A stretch of 64,000 bases of DNA. Origin: Schizosaccharomyces osmophilus. Taxonomy: Eukaryota. The stretch covers positions 3,286,001 through 3,350,000 of the forward strand of contig NC_079239.1 in assembly GCF_027921745.1 (NCBI RefSeq). Direction: 5' to 3'. The position numbers and the translations under genes are program-made. Under the pieces are notes generated by a model. The model saw only the letters and a program-made list of their open reading frames with translations. It made no database searches and was not told where the DNA came from. Below, one piece after another: positions 47,985-58,163 of the stretch (its first letter is position 1; every line of letters starts with the position of its first letter).

Positions 47985-49475
47985 ATGCCCCACAAATCCT
48001 CTGGCCCTCGTCGTCGTACTGCCGTAGCTTGTGATCGCTGCCGTCGTAGAAAGATTCGTTGCATCGCATGTGAATTCCCAAATCAACCTTGTATGGCTTG
48101 TCAAAAAGCCCATGCTGAATGCCATTTTTCCGTTTCTTCCTGGCGTTCTTCTCGAAAACGCACTACCCCTTTTCATTGTCCTCCCCATTCTTCTTCTTCT
48201 TCTTCTTCTTCTTCTTCCCTTTCCTACCCTACTACCCTCTCAGGTGACCCATCTTCCATCTCTACATACCCTCCTCCTCTCGCTGCTTCCGCCCCTTCCA
48301 AACTCTCTTCCTTTCCTCCCTCTTTCGTCTCTTCCGCAGCCGCTTCGCCTGTTGATACTTCTACCTCCTCTTTTCCCTCTCTCTCTGCTCCTTCAAATTC
48401 CTCCCGCCAAATGTTTTACCCCTCGTGTAATCCTACCAAAAATTCCTCTACTACACTTCCCTCATACAACGATCCCCAAGCTCCTCCTACTTCCTCTTCT
48501 TTCGTCTCTTCTCCCCTTGTACAGACTTCTCTTTACATGTCTCCCCCTTCCCACCCCATCGACCCTCCTATCTCTCCCACCACGGTTCCCATTAAACAAT
48601 ATGCATCTTCTTCCTCTTCACCTCCTTCTCTTAGTGCTTCCATCTCTTCTGTGTCTTCCGTTCCCGGATACGTGGACCACGATCCTCTTCAGCCATACTC
48701 GTATCAAACACATCCTTTTTCTACCCACTTGGATTCTTCTTCTTCTCCCTCAACACCAAATTCAAACTTCCCGAACCATACCTTTCCTTCTTCCAATCTC
48801 TCAACTGCCAAATTTCCTCAAGATGGTTACGTCAACAAGCCTTTCCATCAGCTTCCCATGCTGTCAGACTTGTCCCTCCCAAACGTCCAACAATCTCATT
48901 CCACCAAACAAGATTCTTCAAACTCCTTTTCTTCTTCTTCTTCTTCTTCCAAGAATCAGCCCTTGAATTCTTTTCACTCTACCAATTCTCAGCTTTTGGG
49001 CGATTCTGACTTTGACTATTCTTCCTACCTTACAGACTCTTCTGACAGCGCTTCCCCCGCCGTTCAAACCGATGAACCAGTCTCTCACACACTTACAACC
49101 TCCGGTAGTGATCCCATCGGCTCTGTTGACCCTCTTAGTCTTGAAATTGATCAGTTTACCAACCTGCAGGAAAGCGTTTCTTCAAATAATCCTTTGGAGA
49201 CTTCTTTCTCCCAGTTCTCCAACTGCAATCCCTCCAAGTCCACCGTTCTTCCCTGGACGATTGGATCCCCTCCCATGCAATCCTTTGCTTATCCCGACTT
49301 TTGTGGATCGCTGGATGAATCTTTCCAGTGCTTAGACTTTACCAATGAAAACTTGTGGTGGGAGAATCTTGATTCTGAAAAAACCACCCCATTGAAAACT
49401 GAAAAACCAATACTCTCTTCAGGCAGCGGCGTTATGGAGGAAATGTCGCACTTCTTGAAAAATCTCGATGATTAA
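47985..49475 (+). CDS. Zn(II)2Cys6 binuclear-cluster transcription factor (SPAC2H10.01-like)
   Basis: ACDRCRRRKIRC...PCMACQKAHAEC at the N-terminus, followed by a long Ser/Pro-rich region and an acidic-aromatic C-terminus; ATG at 47985. Confidence 0.88.
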   Translation: MPHKSSGPRRRTAVACDRCRRRKIRCIACEFPNQPCMACQKAHAECHFSVSSWRSSRKRTTPFHCPPHSSSSSSSSSSLSYPTTLSGDPSSISTYPPPLAASAPSKLSSFPPSFVSSAAASPVDTSTSSFPSLSAPSNSSRQMFYPSCNPTKNSSTTLPSYNDPQAPPTSSSFVSSPLVQTSLYMSPPSHPIDPPISPTTVPIKQYASSSSSPPSLSASISSVSSVPGYVDHDPLQPYSYQTHPFSTHLDSSSSPSTPNSNFPNHTFPSSNLSTAKFPQDGYVNKPFHQLPMLSDLSLPNVQQSHSTKQDSSNSFSSSSSSSKNQPLNSFHSTNSQLLGDSDFDYSSYLTDSSDSASPAVQTDEPVSHTLTTSGSDPIGSVDPLSLEIDQFTNLQESVSSNNPLETSFSQFSNCNPSKSTVLPWTIGSPPMQSFAYPDFCGSLDESFQCLDFTNENLWWENLDSEKTTPLKTEKPILSSGSGVMEEMSHFLKNLDD

Positions 49476-49956
49476 TGCCGAAGTTGTGTTATATATCTGT
49501 TTTTCTCTTTTTGTACGTAAAAAATTGTTACAGAACGATAGACGGCTAGAAGAGAAGAAGTCTTGTGTTTTTTTTTGTTGAATAACTCTTGTACAAATTT
49601 TAGTGCCTGGTGCATTACTTTTTTGTTGTCGTTGTTTCTTTCAAGTTTTATAATCGTTGTTTTTTATCTTATGAAAATATTAATGGGCATTTATTTCTTT
49701 TTATATTTCATTTCAAATTCTAGTTTTGTAAATGTAGCTGTATAATGTACTTGCATCAACAAAGTTTTTGTAAAAACATATCTCTTCATCCCGAAATTTA
49801 AATTTCAAGAGCATTGTAGTCTTACTGAGAAGGGTAAAGGCATTTTTCATTCATAAGACTTGTTCATGCTGCTTTCTAGGCTTAAAATTTATATTAATAT
49901 CTTTTACAATGGAACCTCTTTTCTAGTTTGATCATTTTCTGCTTTGCTTGTAGCTT

Positions 49957-50688
49957 TTAGCGTAAATGACAGCCTAGTACGCCAGGGCCTTGCCAAGTAT
50001 GGGGTCTCAATGAGAGTCGATAAATTCTTGGTGAATCATCGGCATCATATCCGCGAATTAATAGCACAATTAAGCTTGCTTCCATGTTGTTCCGAACAAG
50101 AGCAGGCAAGGAAGCCAAACTAGTACAAGTATGAATGCTTATAATCTCGTCTCCGACGCAAAGTCCAGCTTCTTGGGCTGGGCTACCGACAGCCACTGAG
50201 TCTACAACACAAAATGGCTTCGGTCTTCCTAAAATAGAAGCTCTTTGTAAAATGCGGGCCTGATTTCCATTCACGAAAGATTCATCAACACCTACAGCCT
50301 CATCCTGAGCACTCGTTTTGAGATGTGTTTCGGAAGTCCCGTTCGCAAGATCAGGTTTGGCTGCTTCTGCCGAAAGGACACTTTCCAAGACTTGCTTAAT
50401 TTCTTCTTCTATCTTGTTGTAGTCGTTTCGAAGCAGGATTATTTTATGCCTCGCAGGCCGTATCGTAGATATGTCGATATCAGACCTGGGAAACCCATCT
50501 TGCGTTATTAACGGAGTATTCATCGTTGCATTTTCCTACCGCTTATTAGCAGTTTATCCTTTTACGAGCCAAAAAGCTCATTCTGTCAATACATTGAGTC
50601 AACATACTCGTACTAAAACACTCTGCAGTTCCTTCAACTCCTCTTCAATTTCCAATTTTCTCTTTTCTAATAGTTTAAATTGTTCCAT
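49957..50688 (-). CDS. nas2: Proteasome base assembly chaperone Nas2 (PSMD9); intron 50607-50536
   Basis: MNTPLITQDGFPRSDID...LRND, PDZ segment V..GSPAQEAGL..GD and W.G.G.LGC; 81-nt first exon recovered by splicing. Confidence 0.88.
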
Positions 50689-51737
50689 TGCAAATGTAGG
50701 GTTGTATTCGAAATGAACAATTGTATGCCTGTGAGCTTTTGTTCAACCGCTGCGTTTAAAAGAGATGCTACTCACAATACGCGCCTTGGCCAGCAACACC
50801 AAGTTTGTACATGTTTTTTTTATTTCTAGTATTTTTTTTTTATTTTTAAAAATAATAAAAATATAGCAAAGTATAGTAAAACAAAAGAAAGAGCTGTATA
50901 ACTATGAACAGTAAATTCATCGAAATCGAGAAACCCAACTAGCAAATCAAGAAAAGAACCATAAAAGTGACTTTATAAACTGTTCAATACATTTAATGCA
51001 ATTTCCTCGAGGAATCCTTCATTTTCAATAAAACAATAAAGTAGTCCTTTTGACAGACGGCCTGAAACATATGCTTGGCTATATAAAATCCGTAAACACT
51101 TTTTCTCGTCCTGCAAGTTCCATAGAAACACACTGGCCTTATTTTACATGCTAAAAAAAAACAGTAAAAGGAAGCAAAAACCGCGTAAAAAGAAACAGAG
51201 GTACTTGCCTTTTTGATTTCCTTATTTCTTATATCAGTGTCTTACAACACTTATAAAACTTCTACTTCTACTCAAACTTCTCCTCTCTCTTCCATCGCCT
51301 TTTCCCTGCTTTGTTTACATTTTGTGTAATACATTTCTTTAGTATTATCCTGCCTCTAAATATTTAAATAACCCGCAATGAAAGCGTTAGTATAATGTGT
51401 ATAATGGTATCAAAACCCTTTGTAATAGTCCAGACAACTCGTTTTGTGTGAGTTTATTAGGTTCGTTTCCCCGCACGTTGCAAACATCACCACCATAAAC
51501 AGACGCATATATAGAGGCATGGGTTCCACCATGTATTGTCCCTTCAGCTTGAACGAGCAATTCGCGTACTAATTTTAAAACTTGTTTATTATCCTTCTTT
51601 TATGTGAACTTGAATTGTTGTTGTTTCTTTCATTGTTTTTTTTTATATTCCTTTTTTTCGGTGTTTTTTTGTGTTCTTTTGGTAATCTTTCTTTGTTGTT
51701 GTAGCTCCTATTTTCATCTTTTGTTCGTTCGTTCATC

Positions 51738-53180
51738 ATGCTGCTTTTGTCCTGGATAAATGCTCTGCTGTTTGCAGGAACGGCTCTCGCTTCTATGCCT
51801 CATGATACCCAAACAGATGCCACTGATTCTTATGGAACTATCAATGAAAATTACAGTATTAGCAACTCTCCAATCATAAGAGAAAAGGGAAAATTGTCGT
51901 TTTTCCCTCTTGATGGTTATCCCAATATGGAAGGGTTCTTCTCTTGCGATCTGTTATATCCCATCCACGGAAATAAATCTGAGCCGGCTTATACAGAACT
52001 CTACTTATTGCCAAATGTAAACGGAACGGTTCATTTCCGAAGCATTTTCTATCCAGACATATTTCAAGCCTATAAACACGCTATCGACGGTTCAAAAGAC
52101 TTGGAATTTCTAAAGAGTCTTGTCCCAAAACCTGGTGAAAATTTCTTTGACAGCTCTCTTGACTCCGATTCAGATATGAAATCCAGTAAGATACTAGTTC
52201 ACGAACCCGGCATGCATTGCTTTATTGGGTATCAAGAAGTTCCGGAAGATACTGAATCCTTCTTGCGTACGTCCAAGCCGAAACGTAAGAATGGTCCGAT
52301 CATGCACGTTCATTACAGATCTAGTAATTACAGATCTGGTGATTTTCTATTTTCTAGGCGATTATATTATCTTTTCCTTACTTTGTCTGTGATTTATAGT
52401 TGCGTAGGTTTATATTGGCTTATCCGCTGGCTTCGTAACCCCCGAAAGATTACCTTTACTCATTGTCTGTTGTTCACTTGGTATATTGCTTTTCTATTCA
52501 ACCATATTTTTAAACGATCACTGATGGCATACGAGGAGGTTTACAAAACTCACGGTAATTTTGCTTATATCTCGTTGATATTTGGTTACTTCTTCGGTGA
52601 CGGAATTGAACGTTCTTTATTTAATTCGTTTATTTTGGCGCTTGCACTCGGCATGGGTTTCGTTCGGCAAAGTTCATATAAACTGATTGCCTTGGTCACA
52701 CTAGTGGGTTGGATTCAATGGGCATTTATCACTATCGCTCCTTTTCTTTTCCCTGTTCTCTTTACGGTTGGTTCTTCTAAAGCAAAATCTTTGCAAGTTG
52801 GATGGATGCTTTTCAATTTTGGTTATATTCCCTCAGTAATGTTCATCGGTCAATTCCTATCTTGCAGGAAGGGTCTTACACCAAAAAGATCGGAAGCTAA
52901 AAGCGTGCACTTTATGGTGTTCATAGCACTCACTATTTTTTCAATCCTTGTGAGTTTATTGGTTCACGTGAAAAGTGCTGCATGTTTTGATTATGAATTT
53001 GATTTAAATGGGAGAATTACTTTGGGTACTATATTCTTTAACACTCGCAGTGCTTCTTTTGAGAATCGTGAGGACATGTTACAAAATAACAAACTAAGCA
53101 ATGTGGAAGAGACTCTGCCGTCATATAAAGACGACCCTGAAACGGACTTGCTGGTCGATGAAAAGCTTCCACTAGTCTAA
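51738..53180 (+). CDS. PTM1/GOST (lung seven-TM receptor)-like membrane protein
   Basis: Signal peptide, luminal domain with PGMHCF, several TM segments with LALGMGFVR, and an acidic tail containing LPSY. Confidence 0.6.
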   Translation: MLLLSWINALLFAGTALASMPHDTQTDATDSYGTINENYSISNSPIIREKGKLSFFPLDGYPNMEGFFSCDLLYPIHGNKSEPAYTELYLLPNVNGTVHFRSIFYPDIFQAYKHAIDGSKDLEFLKSLVPKPGENFFDSSLDSDSDMKSSKILVHEPGMHCFIGYQEVPEDTESFLRTSKPKRKNGPIMHVHYRSSNYRSGDFLFSRRLYYLFLTLSVIYSCVGLYWLIRWLRNPRKITFTHCLLFTWYIAFLFNHIFKRSLMAYEEVYKTHGNFAYISLIFGYFFGDGIERSLFNSFILALALGMGFVRQSSYKLIALVTLVGWIQWAFITIAPFLFPVLFTVGSSKAKSLQVGWMLFNFGYIPSVMFIGQFLSCRKGLTPKRSEAKSVHFMVFIALTIFSILVSLLVHVKSAACFDYEFDLNGRITLGTIFFNTRSASFENREDMLQNNKLSNVEETLPSYKDDPETDLLVDEKLPLV

Positions 53181-53748
53181 GTTGGATCTGAATATTGTCG
53201 ACTTGTGTATATTAGCTAACTTCGTTTATGAGAAAGAAAAGTATTTTCAAATTTAAAAATTCATCTACCGGTTCCAATGTATAATAAAAATGCGTCTACT
53301 TACCTTTATGAATGAAGTTAACAAACACCTGTACGAAATTCTAAGCGTAAACACTCTTTAGGTGACAGTCTAGGATCTGTAACTGTAGCAAATAAAAAAT
53401 TGCATTAGGATAGCCATTTCTGGAGATCTTACGACTTGGTATCAGCGTCTTTTTTTTAAAAAATAAAAATTCACGTAATTTAGGATGAAATTTTTGAACG
53501 GGACCCAAAATTGAAGAACAAGATATGTTTCAATAGAACGCGGTTCATTTCAATACTCTTCATAGCATTTATCTTCAGTAAAGCCCAAATAAGATTTAGA
53601 TTTTGTGGAATCCTTTTTTTATAAGTGAAAAGAAATAGATAGATTTTGGAAATATCCATTTTATTAATGTTTACATATCATCATGACAAAGATTATTTAC
53701 CAGAAATAATCGTTTTCCTTTTTGCTTATTTTTTTGTTAAATTAATGC

Positions 53749-56700
53749 TTACCATTCATCACTTGTGCCTTCTCGTTCCAAAAATCCAATCATATACTCA
53801 TCAATGTGTCCGAGAGTATCATCAACAGTTTCTTGTTCCAAATCTTCTTCGTTCTCTAAACCGGCATCGTCAAAATTTGACTGCTGTTCTTCTTCCTCCT
53901 CTTCAGCTTCTTTGTCGTAGACCGGAGTCATACTTGACGGTGATGAAGTGCTTTCTCTAGCAGACGAAACTTGCGGTGTAGGCATGTCAATAAACTCATT
54001 CCTTTCAAGCACTGATTCTTTCCGGGCAACCTGTGCGGCCTTTACATCTTCCTCGTCTTCAGCAGCCGCCAAAGCATCTTCCCAATTTTCATCATCTGCT
54101 TTGTTCGCAGTTTCAGCTTCAGCTTCAGCCTCCTCTAAATCCTTTTCATCTATATCAAACAAATCCAAAACGTCCGCTTTTTTGAACCATTCAGTTGTAA
54201 ACTCACCTCCTTGAATGACAATTTTATCAAGCATCCGTTTTTGGTTTGCCCTTCGCAGCATATTCGACTCGACTGTATATTCGCTGATGAGACGATAAAT
54301 ATGAACATCCCTTGTCTGCCCAATTCTATGAGACCGATCCTGAGCTTGGGCATCCAATTGTGGATTCCAATCTGAATCATAGAAAATGACTGTATCAGCA
54401 CCTGTTAAATTGATTCCCAATCCACCGCTTCTCGTAGACAATATAAATACCGGAATCTTATCATCGTTGTTAAATCTTTCAGTTAATATCTGTCTTTGTT
54501 CTATTTTCGTAGCACCATCCAACCTCAAATATCGATGTCCGTGTATGTTTAAAAATTGTTCCAAAATGTCCAAAACCTTGGTCATTTGTGTAAAGATTAA
54601 AGCTCGATGGCCGTTCGAAACTAAGTCTCTTAACAACTTGTCAAGAACTTGTAGCTTACCGCAATCATACTGCAATAATCGGCGATCAGGAAATGCAATA
54701 GCAAGTCTCGTTGCAGCTTGGTGCCATGGCCAATTGTCTTGCTTCATTTTAGGCGTTACATTGTATTTGACAGGTCCTGTAAATAATTCTGGCAGATCTA
54801 CAACAACAGCTTGAGGAGTAATGCAAGCAAAATTTTGAAGAATCTCTTTCATAGAATCAGCGCGCTCTTCTACGCTTAAAATAGAATCACGTAGCATAGA
54901 AGTCGTGTTCAAATTATAGTTAGAGTCACTTTGCGCGGTGAGAGTATAATCAATAGCGCGATAATTCCTCGGTAATTCTCTGACCATTTGTATAAGATTG
55001 TTTCCGAATATTGGTTTACGAGTGCATTTTTGTTCATTTAAATATTTCTGGTGGCGCATTGTCTCGAGCTCACGTTTATATTTTTTGTTTTGGAAATCAA
55101 ATCCAAATTCCGCCTTTTTTATGTAATTTGCAGATGATTGTTGATCTATTTCCATTTCCAATAATGTACATCTTTTGTCATATCCATCAGAAGCGCACAG
55201 CGCTCCCATCTCTCTTGATGTAACAGCGTCAAAAGATTCAGAATCTGTACAGACAAGGCGCAAAGTAGAAAGATCCAGCTTCCTCATTGGCTCGTCTTCC
55301 AATAGCCTTTTACGAACCAGCATTTCTTTTATTTCCATATCAGCGATAGCTGACCGACGCTGAGCAAACGACGTAACAATCGGACGTTCTTCATGTAAAT
55401 TAGGATGGTTACATACTTTACGAAGTTGCATCAAGCAGTTAATAATGCTCATAAAATTCCCTGATGCTAATATTTCTCTCGTACGTGCCCGGTTGATAAA
55501 GTCATCGTACAGAAACCTTTGTCTCTTTGAGAGCTGACAATAAACAACGTGTTCATACTTCCCCGGCATTTGCTTTTCTACTTCTGTTTTCAGGCGACGA
55601 AGGAGATAGGGTCGCAAAACTCTGTGCAATTTTGAAACAGTAGTCATGGCCTCTTCATTCATTTCACTTCCCTCTTCAATTAGTCGATCCATAGGCTTTG
55701 AAAACCAATCTTGAAAGTCTTTGAGATTAGCGAATCCAGAATTGGCATCCGTTACACCAGCAGGCATTAAGAAATAAAGAAGCGACCACAATTCCACCAA
55801 ATTATTTTGTAAGGGAGTACCCGTCAAGAGCAGGCGATGCTCTGCATTAAAGTTTAGCAGTGACTGCCACCGTTGTGATCGAAAATTTTTAATATTATGA
55901 GCTTCATCTAAAATCATGTATTGCCATTTTTTTCGCCTAAAAGGCTGATGATCCTGCAAAACAAGCTGATAAGATGTGATACAAACATGCCACGTATCTG
56001 GCTTATACCATCCTGTACGTTTTTCTTTTCGCTCTTGAGGGTTACCATAATAAGTTAATATTTTGAAACCAGGAAGAAATTTTTTAAACTCCATTTCCCA
56101 GTTTAACATAACACTTGTAGGTACAATAATCAAGTGCGGCCCCCAATTTTCTTTTTCGCAAGCTAAGTGAGCCAACAAAGCAATTGTCTGAATAGTTTTA
56201 CCTAAGCCCATTTCGTCAGCTAGAATACCATTGGTATTGCTTTCATGAAGTGCAGTCAACCATTCCAATCCAAATTGCTGATATTCACGAAGGAAACCGC
56301 GAAAAAGAAAAGGAATCTCAACTTTGTTTGCCGTTATGGTAGAAATTTCATTTATTTGAGAATCTTTGGGAACTTCATTCTCAATTGGTTGTCGTTTCCT
56401 AGAAATTTCTTCCTCAACTTCGTGAGAACGCTTTTTTGATTGGACAGAATTATCATATAGGGAAGATAAAGTAGACTCATTTTCAAATTCTTCTTCGTGG
56501 TTTTTTAAACGTAAGCTTTTATTATTGGAGCCACCCTTGTTCTGTTTGTCATGGTATAAATCATCATCATGGCCACCATTAAGTTCTTGCTTTATTTCAT
56601 TTTGTGAGGCTAGTTTTCTAGCAGAAGCACGAGTAATCCTGTTAGTGTTCGTCCGATTTTTCTCAATGCTCTCATTAAATTTTGGTAATGCCGTTTGTTG

Positions 56701-57636
56701 TCCTCGAGTTTCTTCGTCATCGGAAACTTCTTCGGGTAATTCGTTTTCGGAATCAAGTTGATCTTCGTCGGATTCATCAGATTCAACGTTTTGACCGAGA
56801 GAACCAACTATTTCAGGATTACTATACTTAAGCTTCAGCTCTTCGATGGATAATTGGTCATCTGGAGTATCTCTCAAATAGTTCAAATCATTTTTCGAAG
56901 ACTTCTCCTTTACCTTTTTCTGTTTGGCAGGAGGACCAGTTTGCCGCTCAATCCTAGCTTCTAGTAAATCGGTAGAATGTTTTAATATATTCGCCAACTG
57001 CTCTTTGCCAGCTAGACGATGAACCTCTTCAGCACGTTCTGCTCGTCTTCGCCGAACTTCTCTTTCTACTACTTTCCATTTCTTACGAATTTCCCAAGCA
57101 GTCCTTTTGGCTAGAAGACGAATTCGCTTTTCTTCTTCTTTAGCTTTTCTTTCATCTGCTCCGGAAAGACGCTTAAAATGCCCTAAAATCATACCAGAAA
57201 CTTTACGAGCTCGAGATGCTCGTACTTTTCTTTCATTGTGCATATAACGGGCTAATCCATGAATATGAGATAAAAAATTATCCCTGTATGATAAAGGAGG
57301 CCTCATGGAGCCTGGTCCCTTTTTTAATTCTACAGGAGCCTCAGCACTGAAGTATCCCTTTCTTCGGAATTCCTCAATTCTTCGTCGAAGATCGACTTCA
57401 TCTTTTATTTTTTCTTCGGCGGAAGAAACATCATAATCACCGTCTTCTAAAGATACATACGAATTCAAAAAATCTTCCAAATTTTCGTATTTTGGTTCTT
57501 CCACGACATGCCCAGCATGGGTGACTATAAGCTCAGGTTCACGTAGATGAACGCGTAATTTGTAATTCGAAGAATCTTCTTTTTTAATAAAGGAACCAGG
57601 TCCATCTACATTCTTCTCCGACTCTTCGTAAGTCAT
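53749..57636 (-). CDS. swr1: SNF2-family ATPase Swr1 (H2A.Z deposition)
   Basis: HSA region, GILADEMGLGKT, LDEAHNIKNFRSQRWQ, split helicase insert with YDCGKLQ, and QAQDRSHRIGQ. Confidence 0.95.
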   Translation of the reverse strand: MTYEESEKNVDGPGSFIKKEDSSNYKLRVHLREPELIVTHAGHVVEEPKYENLEDFLNSYVSLEDGDYDVSSAEEKIKDEVDLRRRIEEFRRKGYFSAEAPVELKKGPGSMRPPLSYRDNFLSHIHGLARYMHNERKVRASRARKVSGMILGHFKRLSGADERKAKEEEKRIRLLAKRTAWEIRKKWKVVEREVRRRRAERAEEVHRLAGKEQLANILKHSTDLLEARIERQTGPPAKQKKVKEKSSKNDLNYLRDTPDDQLSIEELKLKYSNPEIVGSLGQNVESDESDEDQLDSENELPEEVSDDEETRGQQTALPKFNESIEKNRTNTNRITRASARKLASQNEIKQELNGGHDDDLYHDKQNKGGSNNKSLRLKNHEEEFENESTLSSLYDNSVQSKKRSHEVEEEISRKRQPIENEVPKDSQINEISTITANKVEIPFLFRGFLREYQQFGLEWLTALHESNTNGILADEMGLGKTIQTIALLAHLACEKENWGPHLIIVPTSVMLNWEMEFKKFLPGFKILTYYGNPQERKEKRTGWYKPDTWHVCITSYQLVLQDHQPFRRKKWQYMILDEAHNIKNFRSQRWQSLLNFNAEHRLLLTGTPLQNNLVELWSLLYFLMPAGVTDANSGFANLKDFQDWFSKPMDRLIEEGSEMNEEAMTTVSKLHRVLRPYLLRRLKTEVEKQMPGKYEHVVYCQLSKRQRFLYDDFINRARTREILASGNFMSIINCLMQLRKVCNHPNLHEERPIVTSFAQRRSAIADMEIKEMLVRKRLLEDEPMRKLDLSTLRLVCTDSESFDAVTSREMGALCASDGYDKRCTLLEMEIDQQSSANYIKKAEFGFDFQNKKYKRELETMRHQKYLNEQKCTRKPIFGNNLIQMVRELPRNYRAIDYTLTAQSDSNYNLNTTSMLRDSILSVEERADSMKEILQNFACITPQAVVVDLPELFTGPVKYNVTPKMKQDNWPWHQAATRLAIAFPDRRLLQYDCGKLQVLDKLLRDLVSNGHRALIFTQMTKVLDILEQFLNIHGHRYLRLDGATKIEQRQILTERFNNDDKIPVFILSTRSGGLGINLTGADTVIFYDSDWNPQLDAQAQDRSHRIGQTRDVHIYRLISEYTVESNMLRRANQKRMLDKIVIQGGEFTTEWFKKADVLDLFDIDEKDLEEAEAEAETANKADDENWEDALAAAEDEEDVKAAQVARKESVLERNEFIDMPTPQVSSARESTSSPSSMTPVYDKEAEEEEEEQQSNFDDAGLENEEDLEQETVDDTLGHIDEYMIGFLEREGTSDEW

Positions 57637-58163
57637 AGAATTGATCTAGTCATTTGACTTTGTGGTAGTGGTAGAAGGATGAAGCTGAAAATACCACCGA
57701 CTGACTACAAAATTTCTTAGTAGAAGTAGAAAATGGCGAGTTTTCGTTCCTTAGAGATTAAATCATTTTATTTAATTACATATACACGAAATAAATTGGT
57801 ACTTTTTTTTTTAAAATGCATACGTTCATATCCATGTTCTTAACCCCCATTTTTTGGTGTACGGATTGTACTTCCTTCTTAGGCTTTAGAAAAAATAAAG
57901 ACTGTAATTTAGATTAAAATGCATCTTATAAATACTAAATAGAGCTCGATGAAAAGAGGGATTACAGTTAAAAATGCTAAGGATGCAATAGGCCTATTGA
58001 ACACACATACTACTATAGTATCTTTTTTAAGCTAAGTTGATATTACTAGTATTATATAAACTTACTTTCTCGTTACATAAAAAGTAAGAATGATATATTA
58101 AATTAATCCAATATCTAACATTTCGTATACCAAAGTAATAATTATAAAAGTCTTAATGTGTCG

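Noticed and set aside
48031..48966. 311-aa alternative-frame ORF inside the Zn2Cys6 gene
   Set aside because: Leu/Pro-rich by-product of T/C-rich DNA, which is depleted of stop codons.
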